A DNA stretch of 32,000 nt from positions 21,742 through 53,741 of the forward strand of contig CAYYKG010000018.1 of the NCBI GenBank assembly GCA_964468285.1, read 5' to 3'. Numbering within the stretch: position 1 is the stretch's first letter; every line of letters starts with the position of its first letter. Of this stretch, positions 1-8,184 are shown piece by piece. The DNA is from an uncultured Syntrophorhabdus sp. (GTDB lineage Bacteria > Desulfobacterota > Syntrophorhabdia > Syntrophorhabdales > Syntrophorhabdaceae). The notes under the pieces were generated by a model that made no database searches, was not told where the DNA came from, and saw nothing but the letters and a program-made list of their open reading frames with translations. The position numbers and the translations under genes were made by a program.

Positions 1-2897
1 TACTGGACGTTCGATACCGGGTTGCCTTCAGCGTTGGGGGCAACGGCGTCGGGAGGAAAAGTGTAGGGCCAGTTGCAGTCCCAGGGCGTAAAGTGATTCA
101 GCTCCACTTTCCAGTATGTATCACCCGGTCTGTAGGCGGTCGGGTCTGTGAGTCCGATGGCGGTTCCATGAGCCTGACCATCGCCCACGTCATCATAGGC
201 ATCGACGATGCCGTCACCATTCGCATCGAGGAGACGGACCACCTTGCCGTTCTCGGACGGCACCCACACCGCCCGGTCACGGTCGTAGTAACCAACGGGA
301 ACGATCATACCGACATCAAAGCCCAGAAAGTTGTTGACGTATACGCTGACGGGCTTTTCAAAGCGCACATTCGAGGCCCCGTCGGCCGACAATTCAGAGC
401 AATAGGTGTAGGCGATATTCGAGGGAAGGACCGCAGGCATTGACTGTCGGGTCCTATACTCCGTAGCTCGAACGGTTATGTTGCTGACCTGTGTTTCGGT
501 GCCATCAGGATTCCTGACATAGGCCCTGTTGTCCCCAGTGAAAACCATGGTCAGGGACCGGGTGCCCCGCTCGTCGGTGACGGGCGTGCTCTTGTGAGAC
601 AGGATGGTCGAGGCATTGCCGTCAAAGGCGACTGCCGTAGAGGAAGGGTCCTCGGCGAGCATGGTGACGGTCTCGGCGGTTGCGAAACCGTTCCGAGGTA
701 CGCTCACCTGTCTGTGAAATGTCATATAGCCCTGCTTGGCGTAAACAAGCGTGATGGTCCCCCCTCCGTCCACGGGCAGAGAAAAACGTCCCGATGAATC
801 CGTTCTGGCGGTGCCGTACTGGGGCCGGCCATGGATGGTAACAGCCACAGCGGGAACAGGATTGCCGGATAGATCGTTGACCCTGCCTGTCATGAGGGCG
901 AATCGCAACGGGTCGTATTCAGGGATTGTTGCGTCAGCGGGGATGAGGTCCTCGTACAGCTTCCCGAAGGAACCGTCAGGAGGGGGTACGACGCTTGATG
1001 CCTTTGTGACTGTGAGAGTGACTGCGTTCGATGTTCCTCCTCCCGGCGCCGGGTTTGTCACCGTGATAGGGTAGGGACCCTCCGCAGCGATCAGGCTTGA
1101 CGGCAACGGGGCATCGATCCTCGCGGGATCGACGAACGCGCAGGATAGCGCGCTGCCGCCAAAGTTGACCGTCGATGCCGATGTGAATCCTGTGCCTGTG
1201 AGCGTGAGGGCTACCCCCTCTGTCCCGGCCTTCACAGATGGAGGGCTGACGGAGGAAAGCACCGGAACAGGGTTCTGTACAGCGAATTGAGCACTATTCG
1301 ATACGCCCCCTCCCGGTGCCGGGTTTGAGACACGGATCTCCAGATATCCAGGTGAACCAAGGTCTGTGGCACCCAATAGCAGTTGGAGCTGCGTCGTGCT
1401 GACAAAGGTCACGGGGTGCAACTGGTTATTCACGGTCACGGTGGACTCCTCCGAGAAGCCGCTTCCAAGAATGTTGACGGTCAATCCAGGGGTGCCAGCA
1501 GGGGCTTGTGCGGGGTCAAGGACCGTTATTGAAGGCACAGGGTTCTTCACCGTAAAGGAAACAGCATTCGACTCGCCCCCGAGGGGAGCCGGATTCAGCA
1601 CGGTGACATTGAAGACACCCGAAGCCGCCAGTTGCTCCTTCGGTATTGTCGACTGGAGGCTCGAGTTGTCGGTGAATGTTGTCGCAAGTGGGGTGCTGCC
1701 AAAGGAAACGATCGAACCCCGGACAAACAGCTCTCCCGCCACAGACAGGGGAGTCGCCTCCGCTCCCCGCGTTGTTTCTGAAGGAAATATCGAAGTAATC
1801 TCCGGGACGGGGTTGGGAAGCTGGATATCGAGCACACCCTTCTCAACGGCATTACCGGCAACTCGGAAGTAAGAGGTTAGGGCGCTGTTGCGGAACAGAT
1901 CAATGGCAACGGTGATCATGCTCTCCCCGCCTGCCAGTTGATATGCCTGTGACGTGTTGTCGTTGAGATCGATAACGAGGAACCCATTGTCTCCCGTGAC
2001 GACTGCGACATGTGTGGAAGGATTGATATCGACGCCGAAGAAAAGATCCGAGAGGACGTCGGGATCGGTGCCGCCAAGAATCTGTTGGATGATGTCGGCA
2101 ATGGAGAAAGATGAGGGAATGGTGGCGATGGTGCTCCCCGTATTGATATTGACGATAACCACCCGGTTGAAGCTCACAGCGACCGCGATGTCTTTCTCGC
2201 TGTCGACGGCAAGCCCACGAATGCCTTCCGGTACATGAAGCTCGTTGATAATGGCACCCGTTCCGAGATCCAGGGTTAGCAGTTTTGTCTGACGAAGCGA
2301 CAATAGGTTAGCCCTTGCCGCAATGACCGCCCGGTTCGTGTTATGATCGAGAGCTATGAGGCCCGGAAGGTAAGGCAGGGACATCTCATTTGCCAGTGAC
2401 AGGTTTGTCGTGGAATATACGCGAACCTTCTTCTCGAGATCGAAGGTGACTGCTGCTGTGTTGCTTACCGGGTTCAGCGACAGCCCCCTCGAACTCCGGG
2501 GGATCTCCACGGTCCCGAGTATAACGCCGTCCGGCGAGACAACAGAAAGAGCCCCCTTGGTCAGCAATGTTCCCCTTGATAGCACAAAGGCACTGTTGTT
2601 CTGCGGATGGACGGCCAGGGCGACCGGCCTCTTGGTGAAGGTAACCTTCCCTCTTTGGGTATATGTGTCAAGGTTGAACAAGACAAGATTCTTGGTCACA
2701 GGGTTCAAACCGTACGCCACGTCAGTATCAGGAGCCTGGGCGACCTTCAGGATGAATTCATCCGTAGCGATCCTCCCGTTCAATGGCGTCTCCTGGGCAC
2801 TGGCATGAGCACACACCAGTTGTATTAGGATAATTGAGACAATGACCAACACACTGCGCCAGCTTTTTTTGCACAGACCTTCCGTTAAAGGTATCAT
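1..2897 (-). CDS. Teneurin-like YD/Rhs-family giant secreted protein, N-terminal ~965 aa only (3' part lies beyond window start)
   Basis: Absent from the ORF track because there is no in-window stop. My reverse translation from ATG 2897 (GGGGGA 8 nt upstream) stays open to position 1; the frame was spot-checked at 5 places. Signal peptide MIPLTEGLCKKSWRSVLVIVSIILIQLVCAHASA. Then YVTN-type propeller-like repeats, and four IPT/TIG-like repeats each ending NPAPGGG-SN. Then a CarboxypepD_reg-like segment (GRVNDLSGNPVPAVAVTIHG..SGRFSL). Finally NFLGFDVGMIVPVGYYDRDRAVWVPSENG...HFTPWDCNWPY, which resembles the FN-plug that precedes the NHL/YD shell in teneurins and bacterial teneurin-like toxins. 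Only fragmented ORFs exist on the plus strand here. Confidence 0.8.
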   Translation of the reverse strand, partial: MIPLTEGLCKKSWRSVLVIVSIILIQLVCAHASAQETPLNGRIATDEFILKVAQAPDTDVAYGLNPVTKNLVLFNLDTYTQRGKVTFTKRPVALAVHPQNNSAFVLSRGTLLTKGALSVVSPDGVILGTVEIPRSSRGLSLNPVSNTAAVTFDLEKKVRVYSTTNLSLANEMSLPYLPGLIALDHNTNRAVIAARANLLSLRQTKLLTLDLGTGAIINELHVPEGIRGLAVDSEKDIAVAVSFNRVVIVNINTGSTIATIPSSFSIADIIQQILGGTDPDVLSDLFFGVDINPSTHVAVVTGDNGFLVIDLNDNTSQAYQLAGGESMITVAIDLFRNSALTSYFRVAGNAVEKGVLDIQLPNPVPEITSIFPSETTRGAEATPLSVAGELFVRGSIVSFGSTPLATTFTDNSSLQSTIPKEQLAASGVFNVTVLNPAPLGGESNAVSFTVKNPVPSITVLDPAQAPAGTPGLTVNILGSGFSEESTVTVNNQLHPVTFVSTTQLQLLLGATDLGSPGYLEIRVSNPAPGGGVSNSAQFAVQNPVPVLSSVSPPSVKAGTEGVALTLTGTGFTSASTVNFGGSALSCAFVDPARIDAPLPSSLIAAEGPYPITVTNPAPGGGTSNAVTLTVTKASSVVPPPDGSFGKLYEDLIPADATIPEYDPLRFALMTGRVNDLSGNPVPAVAVTIHGRPQYGTARTDSSGRFSLPVDGGGTITLVYAKQGYMTFHRQVSVPRNGFATAETVTMLAEDPSSTAVAFDGNASTILSHKSTPVTDERGTRSLTMVFTGDNRAYVRNPDGTETQVSNITVRATEYRTRQSMPAVLPSNIAYTYCSELSADGASNVRFEKPVSVYVNNFLGFDVGMIVPVGYYDRDRAVWVPSENGKVVRLLDANGDGIVDAYDDVGDGQAHGTAIGLTDPTAYRPGDTYWKVELNHFTPWDCNWPYTFPPDAVAPNAEGNPVSNVQ

Positions 2898-3025
2898 GAG
2901 ATATCCCCCGGTTAATGAGTATTTCCTCTATTGCAAGTCTTCTACAGTTCCTATCGCACTGAGGTCAGTGCGTATCGTCCGGCTTCATGGCTTGCCTCCC
3001 ATACCCGAAAAGGAAGCGCACTTCA

Positions 3026-3541
3026 TCAATCTCGCACCATAGCATCGCAGTTACCGCTGCAGGAACCGGCGTTCTTGTCGGTCACCACGTAAGGGTCAGG
3101 AAAGTAGGATACCTGTTTATCATACGTGGCAGGGTCCCAAGTTCCAAAAAGACAGACTGTCCTGACGCTCGTTCCCGCTCTCGAACAGGTTGCATAGGCA
3201 CGGTATATCTGATAGTCCACGCGCATCCATACTCCGCCGGCACCGCGATATACTGTTTGGCCACCATATCCCGCTCTGGGACAAACAATACGGAAGCAAC
3301 CCGGCTCCCAGCTCACCCGGTATGCTGACTCCTGGGTGCAGTCTGCGAAAATCAGATCCTCGTTAAAGGGGCAGCACTGATCAGACATAGCACGCAGTTC
3401 AATGATTGCGCTTTCAAGGTCGCTGCCTGCATGGGGTGTTACCGTCTCGAAGATCCCCGATGCATGTACTGCTGAACCAAGAAGAACCAGACCGACCAGC
3501 AAGCAAGGATTCAGGAGACACAGTACGCTTCCTGACTTCAT
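3026..3541 (-). CDS. Small secreted Cys-rich protein, divergent member (P1) of the NAGG-C-terminal-module family
   Basis: 171 aa. Signal peptide MKSGSVLCLLNPCLLVGLVLLGSAVHA. The C-terminus VVTDKNAGSCSGNCDAMVRD matches the module in 3611-4087, 4132-4716 and 17069-17647. GGGGGA lies upstream of the ATG. No family recognised. Confidence 0.6.
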   Translation of the reverse strand: MKSGSVLCLLNPCLLVGLVLLGSAVHASGIFETVTPHAGSDLESAIIELRAMSDQCCPFNEDLIFADCTQESAYRVSWEPGCFRIVCPRAGYGGQTVYRGAGGVWMRVDYQIYRAYATCSRAGTSVRTVCLFGTWDPATYDKQVSYFPDPYVVTDKNAGSCSGNCDAMVRD

Positions 3542-3610
3542 GGTAATCCCCCTACGGGTATGGATTTATTGTTTCCCTGATGTCAGCCTGAGACAATCCG
3601 GGTTCAGGCA

Positions 3611-4087
3611 TCATCCACCCCCGCTGCTATCGTTGATGGTAGTATTGCATGCCCCCTCGCACTCGCCCCCGGCGTTCCTGTCCGCCATCTCGGTGGTTAT
3701 CGGTGGATCAGGCTGCTGGGATGGTGCCGGACACACACCGACGGGATAGTAATAAACCTTGGAGCCGTTGGAGAAAACAGGGTCCCTGCAACCGTTCGCG
3801 ACGTACGTACAGCCGGGCGTGGTGCAAAAACCGACGTACCGGAAGCAGGAAGGGTTCTGGGGCACAAAATACTGGTAAGCCGGGAGACCATAACAATCCG
3901 CCTTCAGTGCCTCGTAAGCAGACTCCTGGTCAGGGTAGATCACCCACTGATACCTGTCATGGACACATGCACACGCCGACCCGGGCGGATACCCCCATGT
4001 GACCGCCCCCGATGTAAAGGGACACGATACGGTAATACCCAGGAACACCACCGCCAGACTAATGACTGTCATGATTCGTTTCACCAT
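3611..4087 (-). CDS. Small secreted (possibly lipoprotein) Cys-rich protein P2, NAGG-module family
   Basis: The track ORF 3611-4174 has an Arg-rich N-terminal extension that I rejected. ATG at 4087 gives MVKRIMTVISLAVVFLGITVSC PFTSGAVTWGYPPGS (signal peptide; ITVSC fits a loose lipobox). It ends ITTEMADRNAGGECEGACNTTINDSSGGG. Confidence 0.7.
   Translation of the reverse strand: MVKRIMTVISLAVVFLGITVSCPFTSGAVTWGYPPGSACACVHDRYQWVIYPDQESAYEALKADCYGLPAYQYFVPQNPSCFRYVGFCTTPGCTYVANGCRDPVFSNGSKVYYYPVGVCPAPSQQPDPPITTEMADRNAGGECEGACNTTINDSSGGG
3666..3720. repeat. 55-nt segment 54/55 identical to 17121-17175 (encodes QQPDPPITTEM-DRNAGG of P2 and P4)
   Basis: Direct comparison: cccccggcgttcctgtccg[c/t]catctcggtggttatcggtggatcaggctgctggg. 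The flanks diverge immediately on both sides. Confidence 0.85.
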
Positions 4088-4131
4088 GGGCAATCCCCCC
4101 TTCCCCTCCGGAAACATCATATCCCGCCGAC

Positions 4132-4716
4132 TCATCCGCCCACTCCACCTCCGTCGCCGACAAGGATGTCGCACTTGCCATTACACCCTCCCCCGGCGTT
4201 GATATCGGTAACCTCGGTGGCGACCGGGGCATCCTGAATCTGGGCGGGGGGAGGATCGCCCCCCGGGGTACAGACTGGGTACCAGTAGTTCACCTGTGGC
4301 CAATATCCTCCGGGAAGTCTTACGTGTTCCCTGCAATTCTGGCAGGTAAACCCGCAGTCCGTCACACCCGGGCAACCCACCACTCCACAGGTGCAACTGG
4401 TCAAACATTGGGGCAGTGGTGTATAGGCACAGTTCCATTCCCAGTATCGCAGGTTAATGCCCCAGCACCAGGAAGGTTGGGGGCTGAGTCCATCACACAC
4501 TGCCTTGGCGGCATCATAGTCGGCCTTCGCAGCCGCCAACGCGGTGTCGCGATCCGGGTACAACTCGTATTTGTAATAGCGACTCGCCAGACACTGCCCC
4601 AGGGTGGAATCGGAAGGATACCCCCATGTGACGGCCCCCGATGTGACGGGACACGATACGGCAATGCCCAGGAGCACCGCCATCAGACTAAGGACTGATA
4701 AGGTTCTGTTCTTCAT
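4132..4716 (-). CDS. Small secreted (possibly lipoprotein) Cys-rich protein P3, NAGG-module family
   Basis: 194 aa. GGAGG lies 8 nt upstream of the ATG. Starts MKNRTLSVLSLMAVLLGIAVSC PVTSGAVTWGYP. Shares YWEW and CPGVT-CGFTC-NCR motifs with 17069-17647. Ends ATEVTDINAGGGCNGKCDILVGDGGGVGG. Confidence 0.75.
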   Translation of the reverse strand: MKNRTLSVLSLMAVLLGIAVSCPVTSGAVTWGYPSDSTLGQCLASRYYKYELYPDRDTALAAAKADYDAAKAVCDGLSPQPSWCWGINLRYWEWNCAYTPLPQCLTSCTCGVVGCPGVTDCGFTCQNCREHVRLPGGYWPQVNYWYPVCTPGGDPPPAQIQDAPVATEVTDINAGGGCNGKCDILVGDGGGVGG

Positions 4717-4826
4717 GGATCATCCTCCCTGCACACTGGTATCTGTGTGCGCAACTCCAGTACGACCCTCCCTGCAAGGCCTCATGATGGATTAACCAGA
4801 TGGAGTAGATTCTTCTGTATGGTACC

Positions 4827-4850
4827 GGCCTGCCGTATCAGCGGCAGGCC
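4827..4850 (-). terminator. GC-rich hairpin right after the FG-GAP gene stop (9-bp stem ggcctgccg/cggcaggcc, 6-nt loop); no U-tract
   Basis: Perfect inverted repeat read directly, starting 5 nt beyond the stop at 4856. Lack of a U-run on the minus transcript keeps confidence low. Confidence 0.35.
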
Positions 4851-4855
4851 TGGTC

Positions 4856-6067
4856 CTATTCCTTCGACGTCCTGAACACCCCCGAGCCCGTGACCAACCA
4901 GTTGAGGTCGGGGACGGTGTCGAGGTCATGGGAGCCCGTTGTCGCGGGGCCTTCCATGTACCAGATCCTGTTCTCTCCCGTCTTTGTGTTCCTGAAGAGG
5001 ATGTCCGTCCTGCCGTCGCCGTTGAAGTCCGCCGTCGCGGCTATCCTCCAGTCCTGGCCGGGCTGGGTGGTGAGGTTGACGGTACTTACGGGGGTCGTCC
5101 CCTCCATGTACCACAGGGCGTACTGTCCCGTGGAGGAGTCCCTCCAGATGATGTCCGGGGTGCCGTCGCCGTTGAGGTCGCCTGTGGCCGCCATGGTCCA
5201 GTTCGTGGGGGCGGAGGAGATGGCGTCGGAGCCGGTGACCGTCTGGCCGTTCATGTAGAGGACCATGTTCTCCCCGGTTGCCGTGTTCCGTACGAGGATG
5301 TCCGATATGCCGTCGCCGTTGTAGTCCCCGGTGGCCGCCATGGTGAAGTTGCTGCCTGCAATGGAGGCAAGGGTGGCGGAGGAGGCGATCGTCGTCCCGT
5401 CCATGTACCAGATCTGGTTCTCCCCGGTCGTGGCGTTGCTCCAGAGGATGTCCGTCTTGCCGTCGCCGTTGAAGTCACCCGTCACCGCCATGGTCCAGTT
5501 GGGGCCGGGATCGATGGCAAGGCCCGTCGCCTCCATCACCGTCACCCCTTCCATGCGCCAGATGGCATACTGTCCCGTTGTCGTGTCCCTCCAGATGATG
5601 TCCTGAACGGGTGGGACCGTTGCCGTCTCCCGGGTGGCGGTGCTTAAGGACACCTCGGTGACGGAAGAAGGGTTGGAAGAGGCGGTGGATGCCGAGGGGG
5701 TGAGGGAAGCGGTCGTTGTGAGCGTGCTTGCGGGGGATGACGATGCCGCTTTCGCAGAGGCGGGCTTCTGGAGGGTGGCGGTCTTCATGGCCATGCCCAT
5801 CATCCCGCCTTCCCCCGCGGAGACGGCGACGGAGACCCTGTTCCCGTTGGCATCGTAGGTGTAGGTCTCGGTGAGGGAGCTTCCGTAGCCCACCACGCTT
5901 ACGCGGTCGAGGACGTTGTACTCGTAGGTGGTGGTGACGGAGGAGAAGGAGAGAGATGGGAAGAAGAGGAGTATGGTCCAAAGAATCGTTAGGAGGAAGA
6001 CGATGCTGCTCAAGGCGGTATATCTTCCTGTCTGTGGAATGTTATGGGAAAGCTGGGTGGTTTTCAT
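4856..6067 (-). CDS. Secreted FG-GAP/VCBS-repeat (beta-propeller type) protein with Rhs-like leader and YD repeats at the N-terminus
   Basis: 403 aa. Hydrophobic leader, then VTTTYEYNVLDRVSVVG..YTYDANGNRVS (YD repeats) and an S/T/A-rich linker. Then about five ~47-aa repeats of the form DFNGDGKTDILW.N..TGE..IWYM.G (FG-GAP/VCBS signature). Confidence 0.85.
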   Translation of the reverse strand: MKTTQLSHNIPQTGRYTALSSIVFLLTILWTILLFFPSLSFSSVTTTYEYNVLDRVSVVGYGSSLTETYTYDANGNRVSVAVSAGEGGMMGMAMKTATLQKPASAKAASSSPASTLTTTASLTPSASTASSNPSSVTEVSLSTATRETATVPPVQDIIWRDTTTGQYAIWRMEGVTVMEATGLAIDPGPNWTMAVTGDFNGDGKTDILWSNATTGENQIWYMDGTTIASSATLASIAGSNFTMAATGDYNGDGISDILVRNTATGENMVLYMNGQTVTGSDAISSAPTNWTMAATGDLNGDGTPDIIWRDSSTGQYALWYMEGTTPVSTVNLTTQPGQDWRIAATADFNGDGRTDILFRNTKTGENRIWYMEGPATTGSHDLDTVPDLNWLVTGSGVFRTSKE

Positions 6068-6339
6068 GTGTCCCCCTTCGGTAAAAGAAATGCTGGACCG
6101 TCTAAGGCATACTCAAGGCACCTTCCTTGAAATTCGTCACTTCCCGCACCATATCTGTCCGTGTATCACCTACTGCCTCTCCTTCAAAGCTGTAACGATA
6201 CATTGATCATCAATATTAGTGTGCTTATAGATGCCCACATCTCCTAATTTTTTTATTGGCACGTTTATCAGCAACACTTGCGCAACAATGTCCTTAATGA
6301 ATCTGTAGGTCGAAACCATTTTCACACGTATTCTATTAC

Positions 6340-6924
6340 CTAGCTTTCTCTGCAAAAGAATTTCTCAAATAATAATTCCTCTTTTGGTGTGACTAAATAT
6401 ATACAAACCTCACTATTAACACGGCCAGATAATAGAATAAGAGCTTTCTTTCTGCTTTTTAGCGCACCAGCAAGATTTATCCATCTGTTGACTATTTGCT
6501 CGGTTAAGACCAACTGAAAAACAGGATTGCTTACACCGCATTCGATCATATGTACATGGTTGCATAAACCTTGAGCATCAAGAAGACCATATTTATTAAC
6601 GGCGTCTGTAAAATGCTTTTTCATATCAGAATACTCGACATTTTCATCAACAAGGAATATGCCACCGTTTTCAATCAGCAGATTAGACTGCATTACTTCC
6701 TGAAAGTACCTTTTGCCTTTTGATTTGGGACGTACAGACGGCATTCCTAGAACCTCAAATATTTTTTCAATATCGTTCTTTGTATATTTATTATTATGTC
6801 CTGTTGGAGGTGGTATTACGCCGTCATTAATTCTTCTATTTAGAGTTTTTCTTGACATACCAAATGCTTCGGCAACATCCGATTTTGAGATCTTCTTTTT
6901 CTCTACTAATAATTGTATTTTCAT
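6340..6924 (-). CDS. AT-rich HTH-domain protein; positional candidate immunity or regulator for the orphan-1 toxin
   Basis: I chose ATG 6924 (GGAG 6 nt upstream), 11 nt after the orphan-1 stop, not the track start 6963. N-terminus ISKSDVAEAFGMSRKTLNRRINDGVIPPP...YTKNDIEKI looks like a MerR/excisionase-type HTH. Rest unrecognised. Confidence 0.55.
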   Translation of the reverse strand: MKIQLLVEKKKISKSDVAEAFGMSRKTLNRRINDGVIPPPTGHNNKYTKNDIEKIFEVLGMPSVRPKSKGKRYFQEVMQSNLLIENGGIFLVDENVEYSDMKKHFTDAVNKYGLLDAQGLCNHVHMIECGVSNPVFQLVLTEQIVNRWINLAGALKSRKKALILLSGRVNSEVCIYLVTPKEELLFEKFFCRES

Positions 6925-6937
6925 AACAACTCCTGTA

Positions 6938-8176
6938 TCAATCTTTCCTATAGAATAACTCAATACAATCTTCAGGATACTGACGACAATAGTTTGTCAC
7001 CGTGTCAGGCAAACCAAACGCGGCTGGCAATATCCCTTCCTTTCTTGCATACTTGATCCATTTGTCAAAAGCCTTGCTTTTGCATAAATCTTTCTTTTGA
7101 GATTTGGTTAATTCAGGTGGCATTTTTTTGTGAGCAATCGGTTCCAATGTTCGAGCGTCATATCTGTGCCCTTCAGGACTTGTAAAGTGAGGGCGTTGTC
7201 CAGGCCGTTTTCCAACATCCATGTCGTGATCGTATAAATCGAGTCGCCAATCTCCCTTCAATCCAGCAATATCCACCCAGTTCACCGGGCTGTTTTCCGC
7301 ATACACGAACGGATCTATCCCACCCTCCAGCCCTATCGGGTCAGGGGTAAGGTACCTCCCCGTCCTGGGGTCGTAGTACCGGTTCCAGTTGTAGTGGAGG
7401 TTCGTCTCGGCATCGAAGTACTGCCCGGGGAAGCGTATGTTGTTCGTTATGGTGGAGGCGCCGTCGACCTCCGCGTGTCCGAAGCCGTGGTAGGCGGCCT
7501 GCCAGGCAACGGTGCCGGCAGAGTTCGTCATGACCCTCGGGGTGTTGATGTGGTCGGTGTGGAAGTAGTACACCGTATCGGTGGGCCTCACGGTGGCAAG
7601 GGGCATGTCGGAGAGGTAGACGTATTCGACAAGGGTATTCCCGGCGGTGTCCGTCTCCGCTATCAGATGTCCGTTCACATCGTAGTGGAATATCCTCGTC
7701 TCGGCGGGTGTCGCCTTCTTCACCCGGAGGTTGCGTGCATCATAGACGTAGGAGGCGATCTCAGTCTCATTGTCGGTAACCGCGGTGAGCCTGTTCGTAA
7801 GGTCGTAGGTGAAGGTGCGGGTGCCTTCGGTGATGATGTTCCCGTTAGCATCATGGGTGAGGGTCGCCGTGGGGGTGCCCGTTATGGTCGTGAGGCGGTT
7901 CGTCCCGGACTCATAGGCGTAGGTGGTGGAGTCGATGTACTGCCCGGGGGCGCTGCCGATCGTATCCGTTATGGAGGTGACGTTGCCGCTGGCGTCATAA
8001 CCGTAGGAGAGGGACAGGACGGAGCCGGCGGTGATCGAGGAGAGGCGGTACTGGTTGTCCCATGTCTGAGTGAGGGAGAGGCTGTTCCCGTAGGTCAGGG
8101 ACGCGATCCCCCCGAAGGGCATGTAGGTGATGGATGAGGCGAGGGTGACGGGGGTGCCCTGGGTCGTCATGCTCAC
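6938..8176 (-). CDS. Orphan rhs fragment 1: ~305 aa of YD/RHS core plus a unique 106-aa C-terminal toxin domain
   Basis: Nucleotides 7381-8184 are identical to 13482-14285 of the full rhs gene. Core end is PGQYFDAETNLHYNWNRYYDPRTGRYLTPDPIGLEGGIDPFVYAENSPVNWVDIAGL, followed by an unrelated tail (6941-7258). The apparent GTG start is an internal Val codon in the full-length copy. Confidence 0.85.
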   Translation of the reverse strand: MSMTTQGTPVTLASSITYMPFGGIASLTYGNSLSLTQTWDNQYRLSSITAGSVLSLSYGYDASGNVTSITDTIGSAPGQYIDSTTYAYESGTNRLTTITGTPTATLTHDANGNIITEGTRTFTYDLTNRLTAVTDNETEIASYVYDARNLRVKKATPAETRIFHYDVNGHLIAETDTAGNTLVEYVYLSDMPLATVRPTDTVYYFHTDHINTPRVMTNSAGTVAWQAAYHGFGHAEVDGASTITNNIRFPGQYFDAETNLHYNWNRYYDPRTGRYLTPDPIGLEGGIDPFVYAENSPVNWVDIAGLKGDWRLDLYDHDMDVGKRPGQRPHFTSPEGHRYDARTLEPIAHKKMPPELTKSQKKDLCKSKAFDKWIKYARKEGILPAAFGLPDTVTNYCRQYPEDCIELFYRKD

Positions 8177-8184
8177 CTGGGATA
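7381..8184. repeat. 804-bp perfect copy of 13482-14285 (rhs core segment); flanked by a ~70-bp lower-identity extension to 7311
   Basis: Line-by-line comparison at offset 6101 found no mismatch across 7381-8184. There are four mismatches in 7311-7380. Identity ends at 8185. Confidence 0.9.

Noticed and set aside
2955-2972. Short palindrome cgcact-gaggtc-agtgcg between P1 and the teneurin-like gene; similar weak hairpin near 3575-3600
   Set aside because: Only 6-bp stems, no U-tract, and easily expected by chance in this much sequence.
3611-4174. Longer track starts for several ORFs (3611-4174, 8476-9183, 10957-12603, 17069-17686, 24399-25160, 27931-28947, 29002-29859, 30008-30439, 6340-6963, 8173-8412)
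   Set aside because: The N-terminal extensions overlap upstream genes or encode Arg/Pro-rich junk. Internal starts have SD sequences, give proper signal or prepilin leaders, or form start/stop overlaps with the preceding gene.
4928-5647. 239-aa plus-strand ORF (plus 4890-5258 and 5331-5606) opposite the FG-GAP gene
   Set aside because: Antisense shadow ORFs. The minus-strand frame carries unmistakable FG-GAP/VCBS repeats, a leader and an RBS.
6170-6355. 61-aa AT-rich minus-strand ORF after the HTH gene
   Set aside because: No RBS, overlaps the end of 6340-6924, and has no motif. It lies in what is more likely the promoter region of the FG-GAP gene. It cannot be supported.
7394-8137. 247-aa plus-strand ORF, identical copy at 13495-14238; also 9581-10135, 14647-15495 and 15646-16128
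   Set aside because: These lie antisense to clearly recognisable YD/RHS coding sequence. Their G/V/R/P-rich composition is typical of the reverse frame of GC-rich genes. The two identical copies reflect the DNA repeat, not independent conservation.
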